Assembly: GCA_973895155.1 (NCBI GenBank)
Contig: OZ316891.1
Location: 18,935,048-18,999,047 of the forward strand
DNA length: 64,000 bases
Direction: 5' to 3'
Source: Marsupella aquatica
Lineage: Eukaryota > Plantae > Marchantiophyta
Positions 15,869 through 27,830 of the stretch are shown in pieces; within the stretch, counting starts at the first letter, position 1; every line of letters begins with the position of its first letter. The translations under genes were made by a program, and so were the position numbers. Below the pieces are notes generated by a model. That model was given only the letters and a program-made list of their open reading frames with translations. It searched no databases and was not told the DNA's origin.

Positions 15869-18800
15869 TGCAGAGAACTTGTGAAGAAGGCCGACACGAC
15901 GAAGACCTTGTTGGTGCTTGAAGAGTGAAAGGGAGCAGATCGCAAGACTCTGCAATGCGTATACCCTAAAACAGACCAGAACCCTAGAGACCGGCGTTGC
16001 GTCGAAAGCCTGATGTGAGTTCGCGCTGGTCACCGGGGAGTCGGGGTAATGACGGATTCGGGAACCACGGTTACATCGATCGAACGGTGGGCACGAAAGA
16101 GTGGTCACGCACTGTAGGATGAGACTTTAGGGCTTCGTTTTTCAAATTGTTTTTTTTTTTTGGTGGAATGGAAAATGGTTATGACAAGCTGAATTTTTAA
16201 GGTTTTCATTTGTAAGGTTTTTCTTTTTGGCCAGTATGGCCAATGAAAAAATGCTAAAAATATTCTTAAATTAATTTATTAACATCAGATCTCCCTTAAC
16301 ATCAGATCTCCCTTAATTTATAACATCAGATGACCATTAGATTCTGGCTATCCCCTCTGTATCTATATGAGGATCTCTGCATCAAATCTTTTGCCTGGAT
16401 AAGATTTCCAACTTGCATTCTATCTAGGATGACATGGATTTAGAAGTCAAGACGTTGAGTTTCATATAAAGAGAAATTTGGGATGTCATCCCAAGGTTAG
16501 GGTAGTGATCCCATCCAAGCTTTTGATATGTGGCATCCTACCTCCAGTTTGTGGGCCAAAAACAACACTCAATATGTGGAACTGCATCATCATCCACCCC
16601 AACCTTGGGTCTCCTGTGGGCAAAAGGTTAGAAAACTCAAGATGGAGAATTTGCATCTTATGTTTCTCCTCCATGGTGTGCCACCTGAAATCTAACTTTA
16701 TACTGCTAGTGTCCTCAGATTGTCACACAAAATAATTGCCGTATTCAACTTTCATGATAAATACCAGGCGAACGACAACATCAGCTGGCCCAGGTTAAGT
16801 GATAGCAGCTCAGCTGAGTGGAGCACTACAGATCCTGGATTTGAAACCTGCTGGCCTGAAAGTGTTTTGATATTCACACCTCCCAACAGTTGGGTACATT
16901 CATGTTATTGTGATGTAGAAAAAAAATTGAACTCGACTGGCAGCAAGCGCGGGCAGATATGTAGGGAGGCTCTTAATGAGTCTCAAGATTGTTTTATGCA
17001 CTGGGTCAACTTCCTTGAAGTGACAAGCTATCCATAATTAAAGCAAAGTTGGAGTTGAACAGCTTCTATGTATGATGCATGACAGCCCTCTTTGCTCCAA
17101 TCATCTCGCTTGAGATAGAATAGAATGATACCACTTCCTCTCCTCTCCTCTAACAACCTTGCCTTTGCCTTTTTTCTTGTAGTGTCTTCTCCGAACTTTC
17201 CTTGTTTTAGAGTAATGTGAAATGGTGGTTTTGCCCTTGCATTGTGGTATTCGTACACTTTTCAATTCAAAAAGATAATAAAGTCTATTTACTAATGATC
17301 ATAGACCATTCCCTCTAGCCTAAGCACATGTTTATCCATGGATGCAATGGCTAATAAACCACAACTGTCTCTCTGTCACCATTGAGACCTGCTATGAGGG
17401 TACTCTTTCCCAACCGCCTTCCCCTAAACACAGCACCATTGCCTTGTGTTTGAGAATGGAAATTTTATTGGTCCCCTGACATTTGGAGTCAAACACAATC
17501 ATTGTCTATTTAACACAATGCCTGGGTGTTGTGTTCGAGTTGGACATTGTGTTCAAGTTTTGATCATATCTGTACATTCTACAATTGACTACAAAAGGCA
17601 AATAATTATGAATCATATGACTCAAACACAATGTTAATATTCAAACAGGATGCCCATTTTGATCACAACACCATGCAAGTACACAAAAATTTAAATAGAT
17701 AGTCAATGCCCACTATTCAAATATAACCGCGCCATGGTGTTGTGTTGGAGGGAAGACAATAGACCCTCACTCGGGCCCTCACTATCTGTAAACTAATTGA
17801 ATGTAGTTGTGGAGTAGCCCCAGCAGTAGCTCCTTGCTTCTCCTTGCCATTATTTGTCTGCCTACAAAATTTCCCCTTGTTGCCCCTAACGATTTACTTT
17901 TAGAATAGGTTTTGGGCCTTTTTATTATAACAAAGACCCCTTTTGGATTATAAAAGTGAGCTCCAAGTGTTATATCAAGTACAAGAAAACAGTCCAATGG
18001 GAGAGAATGAAGCACGCCAGAGTCAGATAGATGAGGAAGGCAAGCCAAGAGAGCAAGCAACAACAAGCAGGAAAGAGGGATGGACATTGAGCAAGGAAGG
18101 GAAAGAGACAGTGTGGTTTGGACTGCCCTCACCTCACCACCCTCGTGGCGGATGGGATCAAATGTGCCGATCGATACTTGACTAACTTTGACCTGTTAGT
18201 CAAGTATGGGACATCGGTTCCTTTGTCCCCATACAACACCAACACTCACCCCTGCCCAGGCAGTTGACCTAAGCCTCTCTTCAGTATTTACACTACTTCC
18301 TCCGGAAAGCCACAATTAAAAACATGAACTTGTAAGTGTACATGTGGACCAGTAAATTTTGGAGATATATACCAATAAAACATAGTATTGTGTCCCTTGT
18401 ATGGAACACCCTTCATGAATATAAATTGCCTCCTAACTAGCCTTGGATTCTTCCATGGACCACTCTGTGCTCCTAACTAAACCATAGTGTCTACATGCTG
18501 ACTAATTTAACGAAATATTCCTATTGTTCAAGCCATTTCTGAAAAGACTAGAGGTAGTATTAATTTTGAGAATAACCTTTGATATAATGGTACTCTGAGA
18601 TTACCATCCCAGGAGTTAGAGCGACCAGGGCAATACATCCAGACTTGGATATACTCTAGATAGATGTCTCTATTATCTTGAGCTCACAATGGTTTCTTAC
18701 CATCCTATAGACAATATTCATGTGTCAAGGGGCAACTACAAAAAACAATAGGAAGGGTTCTGATCAAATCATTATACAGCATGTGAAGGAAATTAGTAGG

Positions 18801-18899
18801 TGTTTACAACACAAAAGTCAACAACTTTTCTATAGGTTTGCTTTGATCCAGCTCGGAAACACTAAGCAATTCAAAAACTTGAAAAGAAATATTTATAAA

Positions 18900-19850
18900 A
18901 TATTACCTCTATAAAATCCTCCTTTGATGTTTCTGAGAAAACTCATACATGTTCTCCCACAAAGGTTGTTGGAGCTCATTTTCCACAACAACTCCAGCAC
19001 GATTGTCTCACCACATATGTAATCAAGCAGGCCTTGATGTCATCTGATGACACTTCAAACCAAGCATTAATTTTCCAACACCTAGCAAGATGAATTCACA
19101 ACCAAGTTCATAAATTGGCTTGTTAGGCAAAAGGGTTGGTTTGAAAATAATGGCCAAAATGATGTTTTTGTGTTAGGCCATTGTTAGTGGCTCAGTTAGA
19201 AGTTGAATGAGATTATTGTACTAAAATGTTTTTTAAACCTAAACTTGCAATGCTATATTTCTTTCCCCATCCTGCCCACCCTAACTTTCCACTCATTTTT
19301 TCCCAATCTTATCTCACTTTTTTTTGTTGCTTAAATAATTCCCTCCAGTCACTTTCATTGGATTGGTTTGAGAGAATCGCCAAAAACTTAATGTTGACTA
19401 GGTAGCAACATACAAAACCTCAGCCCGAGTGAGTTTGAGAAGACAATATTTTGACTGGAAAACTCTTTTGATGCATCTTAGGATGCTAGCGTACCCAAGC
19501 ACCATAAAATCCCCCAAAAGAACAAGTGACTTACTTATAGTACCTTTAGTTTAAAGTGCTCATCGTCACTGTCAATTATCAACAATTGATCTCATTTGTT
19601 AATCTGAGAATCCAATGACATGCATTTTTAATTGAATGTGACTCTGTTGCACCATTGTCCACTGTCCTCTTTAGCAAATGATCAATCAAATGCATTAATC
19701 AATCTTGTCGAAGGGCTAAAGTTACTTGTTGTTGTTTGTGAAGTAGTAGTCATTACAAAGAAATTACTTATTATGAATCAAAAAGTAGATAAAATGGTTA
19801 CAATAGTTTATGTTTTTGGGCATGTTAATTATTAAACTTCCAAAGATTTT
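18900..19850 (+). repeat. Dispersed ~1 kb repeat family, copy 1
   Basis: GCAGGCCTTGATGTCATCTG and CTCTTTTGATGCATCTTA match the reverse complement at 44.3-45.3 kb. A partial direct copy lies at ~33900-34270. Confidence 0.7.
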
Positions 19851-21273
19851 ATCATTCCTTGTTCTTACCATTTTTGCTGGCCTTGCAATAAACACCAGAG
19901 GTCATGTTGGTTTGTTGCAGCAAACATAGTCATTTTGCGTTTGTGGTGGAAACCATTGACGCCAACCACAGGCCAGGAATTTTCAATGGACCAGTAACCC
20001 TGTAGATTCAGGCACTCAATGGGGACAGATAGTACCTTACATGAAAGAAGAAACAATAATAAAGTATTATTGTATCAACAATACATCTGACAAGAATCTT
20101 CAACTAGTGCCCGTCTCTTGCCTAAGGTTGCCCGTCTCTTGCCTAAGGTTGGTTACACTGAGGTGGCTTTTGGGATTCTATATTTGTCTTCCCACCGTAG
20201 ATTATTTGACTTTATTGCATAATGGTTTTATAGTAGTAAAGGTTAATATGCTCAATACTCCAAGACCTCTACAACAAAAAACAAAGGGCACGAAGAGAAA
20301 CTATACCCCAAAAGCCAGAGAGAAGAGCCACTACGCAATACAACACGTACTAAAGTTGGGTGCTTCACTTCCATACTAAAGGGAAGTCATGTGTGCGGGC
20401 ATGTGTGACAGAGAATATGGTAATTTGAATATACTTTGAAGAGGGCTTCTATCGAGTAAGAGTTCATAAATTCAAGAATTCTCTAGGGTACTTATTTTTA
20501 TGTTTCCACGTCAAAGTACTCCCACCAATCTCTAAATACAAGTTGATAAACAAGCTGTTGATGGTGTACAGTTTGGCTCAACCAACGGGTGACCACTTTG
20601 GCATTTTTGGCACATAATGTACTCCAAAAAAGTAATCCTTGTGAAGACACCTACAATCAAACCCATTCTCCTGGCCCAAAGTGGAGAGTTAGAGTGCTTG
20701 GCCCCAACCCTGGCCAAATGCTACAGACAGTAGAGTTCTCGAGTAGAGTTGCATGGATCTAGGTCTCAACAGATGGTCATGGTCCATCAGATTGTCAAGG
20801 CATTTGGGTGGGTGCCATAACCACTTGTGTTTTACCGGTTGGGTAGCTCAGAACAGATGGTGTACAGTTGGCTCAACCATACCTTTACGTGCCAAAAATG
20901 CCAAAGTGGTCACCCGTGGCATTCAGCTCAACCGGTGGGACTACTCGGGGTATTGCAACAAGTTGCACGTGAAGTAGGTGCCTCCTAGTAGTGATGCTTG
21001 CAAACAATCACTATTAGGAACCCCGTGTGAAGCACATTGACTCCCTAACATTTTGATCCTGACTAGATTTTCCAATAGTCTTATTCAGTGTACATCCATG
21101 TAGTTGAGGTACTATCCATTTGAGTGATGGCAAACAATTGCCTTGGTGGTCATAGCACAAAGTTCCTCCATTACTTGTGATAGGGCCCCAAACCCAGTAG
21201 TAACTAAGTGATAACTTATAATTGTATATATAAGTAGAAAGACAAGTAGGTGTAGCAAAAGTGTTTGCATTAA

Positions 21274-23100
21274 ATTTTTTTTTTAGTTTTTGTTAGTTCT
21301 AATAAATTGATGCGACAACCGGAGGCCGGAGTTGAGAGGGGTGGTGGGCGGTGATGGATGACAATGGAGCCATTGAGGGGGTACAAGGAGGCCAAAAGGC
21401 AGCCCAAGGACTTGGAGTCCAAGGTGTGGGCATCTTGGAGGGGTGGGGGCTGGTCGGAGGCTCCACGTAAGGCGCAAAATGGGAAGAATGACCAAAATAT
21501 AGAAAATGTTCCAAACGTTCCTGTGCTAGTACTATTCCAAACATGGTCATGTTTGGATTCATTTTGAAGCCCTCAATGAGCCCCATGCAAAACTGAGGTT
21601 CTCTAGTTGATTTTAGGTCTATATCAAACAATGACATCTCGAGATACCTCAATGCCCGTAAAACGACAGACAATCTTGGAGTAGTGATGGTGGGAGGCGA
21701 GTGAGAGGCCCTTAGAAGGAAGGGACTCCCACAATTTCACTTCCTCAATCCGTAGTTTTTCACAATTTCCCTTCCTCAATCCGTAGTTTCCCACAATTTC
21801 CCTTCCTCAATCCGTAGTTTCCCATAATTTTCCTTCTCCACTCCGTAGAAGGGGCACTCCGTAGAAGAACACATCTATAGAAGGGGCCCTCACACTTTCT
21901 TCCTTCCCTTTTTCTCTATTCTCACTTGTGGGGTTCCCACCCATTCCTAAACCCTTTCCCTGTTGTGTTTTCCTTTCAATGTGTGTACGGACCCTGGTTG
22001 TATGAACATCATATTTTTGACCATCTCAAAATCAGGAGTTTACAGGCTCGTTGGAAAGAGCTTGCCGAGCTGAATCCAATGACGTGTCACACAGCCAAAA
22101 CGGAGCTAAGATGGAGGAGATAGAGGAGATCACGTTTTTTTGAGAATACAAGAGTTTGGAGGCCGTACGGATGTCCGTACTGCAGGAGGTCCCGGCTTTC
22201 CAAGGGGAGGAGGAAATAGCAGTACCTACAGAGACTTTGATCTATGTTTTTCAAATCTGGGGCCCCCTGGTGTTGTACGGACGAAACGGAGGGGGACAAT
22301 GTCCCGGAAAAACTTAAACGATCATATCTCGACCGTTCTGGATCCATTTTGAGTGCCGTTTACGGATCCGTGATCAAGAGGAGCAGGGTTGTCCAGGGCT
22401 CCCCTCAGGGGAGTAGTTTGAAATATTTGAGGTTTCGACCATGGGAGGGCCTCCTCACTTCCCTGAGACTACGGATTTTGGATTATTGTTTGGCACCGTC
22501 GAAGGCACCGTCGGTCCCGTAGTTAGATTAGGGTTTTAGAAGCATGTGTGTGCCGCATGTTTTAGGTTAGGGATTTCTTGTGAAAGGTTTTAGCGGCGCC
22601 GCTAGGGTAGCCGTCATCGTTGTGACCCCGTGAGGGGTGCTTTGGTGTGTTTTTTTTCAGTATTTAGGGGGAGCCCCGTAGTGAGCTAAGGGGGGAAACT
22701 CAGTCTAGTGTTTGTTTAGGGAAGTTATCTCATAGCACGAAGAGGGAATCAAGCCAAAGTAATGAGGTAGAGGTGTAGCACTTGTCCTAGTGAGGCAGGA
22801 GTTGGGCAGACGGCAGGAGGCCGGGTTGTCCTTGCAATGTGTTAAGATTTTTTACCTACTGTAGGAGGGTATTACAAATTATTATACATTATTATACATT
22901 ACGATTATTTACCTAATTGTCCCCTTAGTGCTCGCTCGATTTTTTGTTTTTCCGTCCGTACGCCCATCTCGGTGAGGTTTACTTGAGATAATGGTTTTGG
23001 TAGGGAGCGAGCACTAAGGGGACAGTAAGTTGACATTATATTATTTTGGGTTTTGCTCTTAAAAAGGAGATTTAATTCTTTGGAAGTTAGTTAATTTTTA
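21274..23100. mobile_element. Composite GC-richer repeat-like insert (poly(A)-tailed ORF, ~31 bp tandem repeats, LTR-like segment, 20-bp hairpin). Class uncertain.
   Basis: T-run at ~21274-21284 (poly(A) on minus), CCCACAATTTCCCTTCCTCAATCCGTAGTTT x3-4 at ~21728-21850, segment ending GGGTATTACA at 22876, perfect inverted repeat 22918-22937/23005-23024. Confidence 0.45.
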
Positions 23101-24234
23101 GTTATCTTGCATGGACCCCAATATCTATTTTATCTTTCACTCAACAAAAGTTTTTGTATAATAATGTATTTTAACAATTATTATTTTTATTCAACGATTA
23201 TCTTTTGCACCATGTACGATCTATTTCTCAACAACATCTTTAACCAAACAACATATAACGTTGCTCCAATTTATAGTGGTCGCCATTCAAATGCATGGGC
23301 ATTTGGGTAATAAAACAAAACAAAGAAAAAGACTTACTCCTTAGTTTCCTTGATTTTTTATTTCATAACATCTTTCACAGAACGATAGCTTGCGTGAAAC
23401 AACACCATTTTTTTTAACATCTTTTACTTCACAATATCTTTGGCAAAATGACACCTTCTTCTTAATAACATCTTTCACACAATGGCATGTTTGGCAAAAC
23501 TACTTTTTTTTAAGGCATCTTTTTACTTTGTGACATCTTTCACTTAACAACATCTTGGGCAACACGACAGCTTATTTCTTAACAACATCTTTTGTGCAAC
23601 GCACGGGTATTTTCCATGAACGATGTCTTGGCCGACGCAACATTTTTTTCTCAACAACATCTTTGCCCACATGACAATTTTTTCTCAACGACATCTTGGC
23701 CGACACAACGTCTTTTTTCTCAACGACTTCTTGGCCGACATGACATTTTTTTGCTCAATGCTCTCTTGGCCAACACGACATCTTTTTTTCTCAACGTCTT
23801 CTTGGCCGACACGACATCTTTTTTTCTCAATGACCTCTTGGTCAACAAGACATCTTTTTTCTCCACGACCTCTTGGTTGACACTACATATTTTCTTTCAA
23901 CGACCTCTTGGCCGATACAACATCTTTTTTTTCTCAACGACATCTTGACCAACACAACTTCTTTTCTCTCAATGACCTCTTGGGCGACACGACATCTTTA
24001 CTCTCAACGACCTCTTGGGCGACACGACATCGTTTCTCTCAACGACCTCTTGGGCAACACGACATCTTTTCTCTCCACAACCTCTTGGGCAACACGACAT
24101 CTTTTCTCTCCACGACCTCCTAGGCAACACTACATCTTTTTTCTCCATGACCTCTTTGCTGACACTACATCATTTTTCTCAATGACATCTGGCCGACACG
24201 ACTTCTTTTGTGCAACGCACAGGTATTGAGCTAG
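23100..24234 (+). mobile_element. Non-autonomous Helitron, 3' portion with subterminal repeat array
   Basis: Ends TGTGC-AAC-GCACA (hairpin, 24209-24221) + GGTATTGAG + CTAG (24231-24234) followed by T, the canonical plant Helitron 3' terminus. The 5' end was not located. Confidence 0.75.
23620..24208 (+). repeat. Tandem array of ~34-35 bp units (CTCAACGACCTCTTGGGCGACACGACATCTTT...), each built of two ~17 bp ACGAC half-units
   Basis: Directly visible, e.g. CTCAACGACCTCTTGGGC at 24003 and 24038. It explains the repetitive ORFs at 23592-24229. Confidence 0.9.
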
Positions 24235-24659
24235 TGATTGCATAAATAACCCTGTCCAAACAATAGCATTTCTTTGTCTCAATTGCATGTTTTTTAATCT
24301 TGTAAACCTCTGTATTTAATTTCAGAACTGAACTCAAGGTCGAGGCTCATGAAGAGTCTCTGTACGCAGCTGCCCGCATACCAGATTGGACGAGTCCAAT
24401 TATTTTTTTGAGTGTCAAGAAGGTATGAATGAACCCCACTTTTGGGTGGGGCAAATGACAAAACCATTTATCGCCGGTAGGATTCAAGCTCGCGGCCTCC
24501 CCGGCCCCAGTGAGCTCCTTTACCGTGCAGCCTAGGGGCAGGTGGTGACCAAAGGGATTTGCGCCCAGTATTTAACTTAATACCGGCGTCACAAAAAGTG
24601 GGCAGCGGACAGCTTTGTATGGGCTAATCGCATTGATTAGCCTCGACATAAGACACCTT

Positions 24660-24822
24660 AAACTACCTCTACCCATGACAAAAACCTGGTTACACAGGTT
24701 TTACCATAAATAGTATCATATCATTTCCTGAATTTGTGGAGCAACAGGAGAGGAGAAGAATGAGAGTAAAGTGAAAAAGGGAGAAAACTTGGACACTTCC
24801 CCCTTTTACATGGCTAGTGGCC
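24660..24822. mobile_element. Diverged copy of the 55.0 kb MITE
   Basis: Shares CCATGACAAAA.CCTGG, TAGTATCA..TTTCCTGAA.TTGTGGAGCAA, AAGTGAAAAAG.GAGAAA and TTGGACACTTC with 55038-55193. Confidence 0.6.
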
Positions 24823-27800
24823 ATTTAACAATTTCCTTGCCTTACACACATTTTTTTGCTTGAGCTCCACACCATGGCTGCAATGATTCTAAGACCATGA
24901 TGACAAATGGCTGCAGCCCTAAATAGTAACATCCCTTATTAGCTGTGTCACTTGCATTTCTTTGTCCTCTAGACATATTTGACCAACATCTTTTCCTCTA
25001 CTTCAAATCTTTGCCTTGCCTTGAGGTCTCTACATTTCCACTGCATCTTTTGTTCAAACTTGGGCCAGTCTTACAAGAACTGTGCATCATTTTTCCTAAA
25101 ACCTCACAATCCAAACAAGTCACCAAAGTTTATATACCAGGAAAGAAAACTAAGTACAATGAAAGGCAAGAAAAAGTGGTCCAAAGAAAAAGAGGTCTGA
25201 AGAGGATAAAAACCAAACAAAGAAAAAGAAAGCAAGTGCAAACCTAAAATACTGAAGAAAATATAGGGGAATCCAAACAAGGGGAAATTTCAAAATCAAA
25301 CAGCAGCATAGAAAATTTAAAATCCAAACTTTTCTTCAACAGTTTTCACTTACTGAATCCAACACTACTTTTCTATTTTTTATTCTTGAAAAGCAGCACC
25401 ACTCATGCAGATCAAGGACTACAGGCAATTTTTCAAAAAGACGATGCACCCTTCTTCAGTCATACCTTGCAGTCCCGATATACTCGAGAAAGAAACTCCC
25501 CAGTGTAATTGCCGACGAGGCAATGCCCTGATTATCATCTAGGGAAGGACAACAAACAATCAATGCCTGCAAGGGCTGCAAAGAATGATTGTACAAGATG
25601 GCTTTGCTTGTAGTCCTTCGTACTGGGAATTTGCTTCAGTTGCAGTTGCTGATCTGGCCCAGTTGCAGTTGCTGATCTGGCCCTTAATTCTGGAATCTGG
25701 AATGGATACACCATGAGACAACATTGAGCCTGAGAAGCCACCATGTCTACGATCCAGTATGACCAAATTAATGGATAAACAAGAAGAGAACAATGAGCCT
25801 GAGAGATCACCATGTCTATGATCCCAACTTGGCCAAACGCCTGTTCTGTGCTTGGGCTGTTCTGGGCGTCTGTGGACTGGTTGCTGTTGGAATGGGAATC
25901 AAGGAAGGTCTCTTCATCGAAACAACTTAATTTGCTATTCTCCTTGCTCCCAGACTCCCAGAGCGAAGGATCTTGTCATGATGAAATGATTGAAGGAGTG
26001 CAGACTGCTCATCATTAATGAAGTCTTCTACCACTTCTCGAATTGAAGTGTCGCGCGGTTGGCATGGTGTCTGTGTCCAACGTTCCATTTGCCACCGATC
26101 GATACCTCAATCATCATTGGCCGACGCGTACTCCTTGAAGTCTTGAAGTAATATTCATCGACATTCCCCGGACTGCCTGCCAGGTAATTGATGGATCAAA
26201 TATCTGACTTCGTCTTCAACTCTCCATCATGATTTCTCCCACCTTCACGACGGAAATTGAACCTCACATACTTGCTCTCTAGTTGACCTGAACGGAGCTA
26301 GATCCGAACGTGGTTGTGGAATGTTGACGCCTCTGCTCCTACCGATGGTCTCAGCGTCAATTGCCAAAAGCTCACTACGAACTGCTCCACTGCAGCAAAG
26401 TGAAATGACGACCACTCTTCGCCGATAAAGCTATGCCTTACCGCAGATCTCAGCGTCAATTGCCGAACATTTGCTGCAGCGCAAACTCATGCAGCTAAAA
26501 AGATATTCGCCTTGATAGATCTCACTGAATTCCAATCTTTTCGGATCTGGGCACTTCTGCGTCATCACGAGGAATCTCCATATCCACATTGAGTGTGGAC
26601 TTCAATCTCGGTGAACCACTGTGGATAACTGTTGTCAAGTAGCTCGATTTTCTTTTATGTTGAAGTCGACCTGTAGCTGTACTCGTCAGAATGATTCAGC
26701 AATAGAAAATCGAGTCAAATCGGTTTGGCGGTATACTTTCTTTCGTCTTATTTGCGGGCTTATTTGCAACACCCCTGCGTGTGACTTGATTTGCTTTTGG
26801 CAAAATCTATCCACTTGCACGGTATTGATAGCCTTCATCTTCAACATCTTGTCCAATTCCGTGCATGGATAGTCTCAAGTTGCGCACGAGGACTCCACGC
26901 CGTTCGTTTTACAAACCAGACACACACTACTCGTCATCCTGCGTGCGAGCTCGTCATCCCCAGCCATGATCCAGGGCTCCCAAGCTGCCCTGGGTGAGGA
27001 ACGCAACATCGACATCGTGCCCGTTGACATCTGTGGGACGTGGACACTTAAAAAGTACCTGCAACTTTGGCGAGTGATGAGAGTAAGTTGATGGATGGGG
27101 CCAGCAGTGAATGAAACAGGAGAAAGTGCGGCGGCCTCCGGAACTTCCGCGCGGCTCTTCAGCTCTTTGTTGTTACTAATATAGAGCAGGATAGTGTTGA
27201 CCTATGAAACGAGTGGTGGATCGATGGAGTCCAAATAATCCGCAGCGCCCAGTCGGAGAAGTGTACGGGGAATCGGGGATCAGGAGTACTTGTTGGGCCC
27301 AGGGTGAACAGTTCTTGCCCCTCAAAGAAAGTCTCTCGGAAGTTCAGAGGTGGTCTGAGAGTGGGAGAGGTCGGAGGCTAGAAGAACGAGGGAGATGCGA
27401 TTGCGAGTAATACTTACATTGCGCATTTCTCTTTCCACGTCCTCGAGCAAACCTTTCTAAGAAATTGTGCGCATTCCAGTTTTCTCTTTCGCTTCGTCAC
27501 TTCCGAGCAGAGGGATATCACTGTGTCATTCCAGTTTGCTGTTCCTCGAGAAAATCTTGCAGGAAAATTGGAGTGAGTAATTTCTTCCATTCAAGTTTTC
27601 TGTTCTAGCAAACTTCCTGAGGGATTTCTCTCATTCCAAGCTGCTCTTGCTCCCAAATCTCCTCGAGCTGATAACCTCCTGACAAGACGGAAGTGAGGTT
27701 CCACTTATTACTAGGTCTGCTCTTCCTCTGGATAACGTCCTCAAGAGACCGAAGAGAGAGTTCACTACCTTTGCTTTAACTTTCAGTAGCAATCTCGAGA

Positions 27801-27830
27801 AGAGTTGGAGCAAGTCGATATTAATTTATC

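Noticed and set aside
21700-22876. Complete solo LTR ending in GGGTATTACA
   Set aside because: No matching TGTAA.. 5' end, TSD, PBS or PPT could be found, so it is kept only as part of an unclassified insert.
23592-24229. CRISPR-like array or repetitive ORFs
   Set aside because: Units are contiguous with no unique spacers, there are no cas genes and the context is eukaryotic. The ORFs are by-products of the tandem array.
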